Of a stretch of DNA of 64,000 bases, positions 60,578-64,000 are shown in pieces. The position numbers and the translations under genes were made by a program. The notes beneath the pieces are model-generated. The model saw nothing but the letters and a program-made list of their open reading frames with translations. It was not told the origin of the DNA and did not search any database. Where the stretch lies: the NCBI RefSeq assembly GCF_009914755.1, contig NC_060929.1. One strand, given 5' to 3'. Origin of the DNA: the human T2T-CHM13v2.0 reference genome, Homo sapiens. Numbering within the stretch: position 1 is the stretch's first letter; each line of letters opens with the position of its first letter.

Positions 60578-60804
60578 ATGCGGGGGATGAGTTAGTGCCT
60601 TCTGTGGACATCCCTCATGCTCTTTTCTGTGTGCACTAAATTCCTTAGGTTGATAGAGCCTTCTAGACACCTTGGAGTTCCCCTCAAATATTGGTTCCTA
60701 AGGAGAATTTCACCTATCACCATAACCAGCTGCCTGCCTCACTCCTGTGTATTAGGAAAAAAAAAAAAAAAAAGAAACACAAGAGATTTGTATCTCGTAC
60801 ACTT

Positions 60805-61391
60805 TGTATTAGTTTTTTATTGTTGCCATAACAGATTATTATGAGTTCAGCGGCTAAGAAAAACATCCATTTATTATCTAACACTTCTGTGGGTTAGAAG
60901 TCCCACACAGATTTCTCCAGGCTAAAATCAAGGTATCAGCAAGGCTGTGTCCCTGACTAGGGCTCTAGGAAAGAATCTGCTTCCAAGCTCACTGACATTG
61001 GCAGAGTCTAATTCCTTGCAGTTATAGGACTGAGATTCCATTTATTTGCAGGCTATCAGCTGCGGGCCATCCTCAGGTTCCACAGGCCTCTCTTCAGTCC
61101 TTGCACGTGGCTTCCTCCATCTCAGAACCAGCAACAGCGCACCAAATCCTTCTTATGCTTGGAATCTCTCTGATTTTCCGTTCTGCTGCATCTCCTTCCT
61201 GCCTCCTCAAATCTAAAAAAAATTTGCGATTAAAGTGGGCTCACTTGAATGATCTGAGATAATCTCCCTATGTTAAGGTCTGTAACTTTAATTAGATCTG
61301 CAATGTCATTTTTGCTATGTTGAGCAACATACTCACAGGTTTCTGGGATTAGGATATGGACATCTTTGGGGGACCATTATTCAGCCTAACA
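60805..61391 (-). mobile_element. MLT1E2-like LTR
   Basis: tgtattagtttttt...gggattaggatatggacatctttgggggaccattattcagcct. Confidence 0.82.
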
Positions 61392-62163
61392 CTTGCTCAG
61401 TTTGAAGTCTCTATGTAATTTCTGTTTGGGGTTTCTCAAGCTGCCTAGACTTTCAAGAGACTTTTTTCTGGCTTTCTACCTGTCAAGCCCCAATTAGACT
61501 ATATCTTAAAACTATTACCTATTTCCTATAGGGTCTTCATTTACCTTATTTCCCTGTGTTCGTATGAGCAGGACCACCATCTCCCAGTGGCATATCAGTA
61601 ACACTGCTACACAAGTTAAATGTTAACCAGTACCCATCCCCTCCCTACTCATTCCCCAACCACCAAGCCAACACTCTTGATGTTTATTTTTAATAGAGAG
61701 GCTAGGGAAAACAAAACATCTTGAATTCACCTAAATAGCTATTATTTTCATACACACAAAAGTCACATTACAGCCTATGGCTTTCTGCAGGACATTATTA
61801 CAAATACCAGGCCATATTTTTCTAGTACTCCCTAATATAACAGGAACAGAGGCAATAAATCAGGAGTCTAAGAGCTCTGGAGTTTTCTTCCAGGCTGCGT
61901 GTATTCTGAAAAGTTACAAAACAGCTCAGGAAAACTCCATTTAGCCAGGCCAAGGGATAATTTGATAGAATGATGAGATCTGAATGGTCTAAATCTATGC
62001 AAACTGCCAAACTCATGTAAAAATCATTTATCAGGTTTTATGAGATTTATGAAGTATCTCATAAATCATTTGGGCTGTAGATAGTTCTTTATGTGCATCT
62101 CACATTGTGTGTGTATGAGAGAGAGTTTGAGTGATTATCTGTCAATGGAGAGAAGTAAGCTAA

Positions 62164-62652
62164 TGACAGATGAGCAAGTAACCACTTAGATGACCTCTCC
62201 ACAATCATTTCCACCTCCTGCTTTTTATGCCCTTGAGTGTGGGCCAGACTGAATGGCTAGCTACTAATGAATTAAATACAGCACACCTGGTGGAAATTGC
62301 CATGGTTAGGTTACAAAAAGACTGCAGCTTCTGTCTCGGGCATTCTCTTGTTCTCTCCAGGAGTGCTCTCTCTGTCCCTTTGGATGGTTCACTGTGGAGG
62401 AAGCCAATTGCCATTTCCTGAAGCCTCCCTGTGGACAGGTCAATGTGAGGAAGTTTGGAAGAAGACCTACTCTCAATGTAACTTTGAGATGACTATGGGT
62501 CTGGCCAACCACTTGACTGCAACCTCATAAGAGGCTTTCAAAGATCTAGCTAAGCCATGTCCCTACCCCTGACCCACAGATACTGTAAAATAAACATTTG
62601 TTGTTTCAAGCTGCTAAGTTTGTAATTTTTTACACAGTAATTGATGATATGT
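62164..62652 (+). mobile_element. MLT1F-like LTR
   Basis: ggttaggttacaaaaagactgcagcttc...cctgacccacagatactgt...aagctgctaagttt. Confidence 0.78.
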
Positions 62653-62835
62653 ATTACTAATTATATATATGTAACAAATATATACTTACAGCACAATTCA
62701 AACTTCAAAACCAACAATTTATGAACAGTTCCTAATAGTCTTTGTATCCAAAGCACTCTATTTAAAACAACGTGAATAAAAGAAAAATGATTATCTTAGA
62801 AAAAACATGACACATTCAGAATGAGGTAATTTCCA

Positions 62836-63269
<434 letters not shown>

Positions 63270-63569
63270 TTAGTAAACTTGGATATTAGCCATAACTCCA
63301 TTCTAAACCAGCTGTGTGACTTTGCCTATGTGGTTTAATGCTACTACAGTCATTAAATCTAGTCATTTGTTCTTGTACTGACACTGTATCTGCTGATTTC
63401 TTCTGGATGAGGCATCAAAACTTCCTAGAAGTTAAAAGGACTATGACATAAAGTACCATGTATAGCAATGAGGAATTAAAAAAAAATGAAGCCAGATGAG
63501 AAATCATGACACATGATTAAAATGTTTTTACTACAATTTCCTTAGAGTTGGAATAGAGCCTACAAATTG

Positions 63570-64000
63570 GTAGGAAGTATATGGAGGCTCACACACAAAT
63601 AGATTGAAATCATAAAAAAGCCACAGAAATATAAATTTGAAATGTGAAAAATGTTAAAACCTAATTAATAAAGAAATGCAAATTAACCAATAAAATATGT
63701 TTAAGGGACACCCTATCAAGTTGGTAATGATAAAGAAGAAAACTAAATATTGGTGAAGTTGTAGTAACATGAACGCAGTAACAGGTTTCTTGGGAGCAAG
63801 GAATTTGTAGAGAGCTATCTGGCAACACGCATCAACTACCATAAAAAGTTGAACACTTTGATTCCTGACACCCACATCTAGAAATGTTTTCTAATAAAAT
63901 AATATGAGATGTAGTCAAATATTTATGTAGAGAGATATCATGAGAGTCTAATTAATAATAAATAAAAGCAAGGAAGGAAGAAGCCATCTTAATATCCATC
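63570..64000 (+). mobile_element. Old L1ME fragment
   Basis: aaagaaatgcaaattaa...cccacatctagaaat. Confidence 0.6.

Overview
AT-rich primate (human-like) non-coding genomic DNA, not prokaryotic. The window is dominated by interspersed repeats: two long 5'-truncated LINE-1 copies (L1PB-type ~133-4296; L1PA7-type ~10723-14535, with a 301-aa RT remnant), many older L1M fragments, about 13 Alus (J, S and Y types, several with clear TSDs), a solo ERV1 LTR with a 4-bp TSD, MaLR LTRs (MLT1, MST, THE1), Tigger1, Tigger7/MER44 and hAT fossils, MIR, L2 and microsatellites. I can support no host protein-coding exon, RNA gene or novel multi-gene system. The most notable signals are three short (65-115 bp) dispersed direct duplications 1-2 kb from their partners, a near-perfect 40-bp palindrome with tandem-amplified arm, a tail-less Alu flanked by a TSD, a probable L1-associated deletion of a Tigger1 end, a four-layer nested insertion, and a few unique-sequence regulatory candidates. 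Repeat subfamily names come from my recall of consensus sequences, and most boundaries are approximate.
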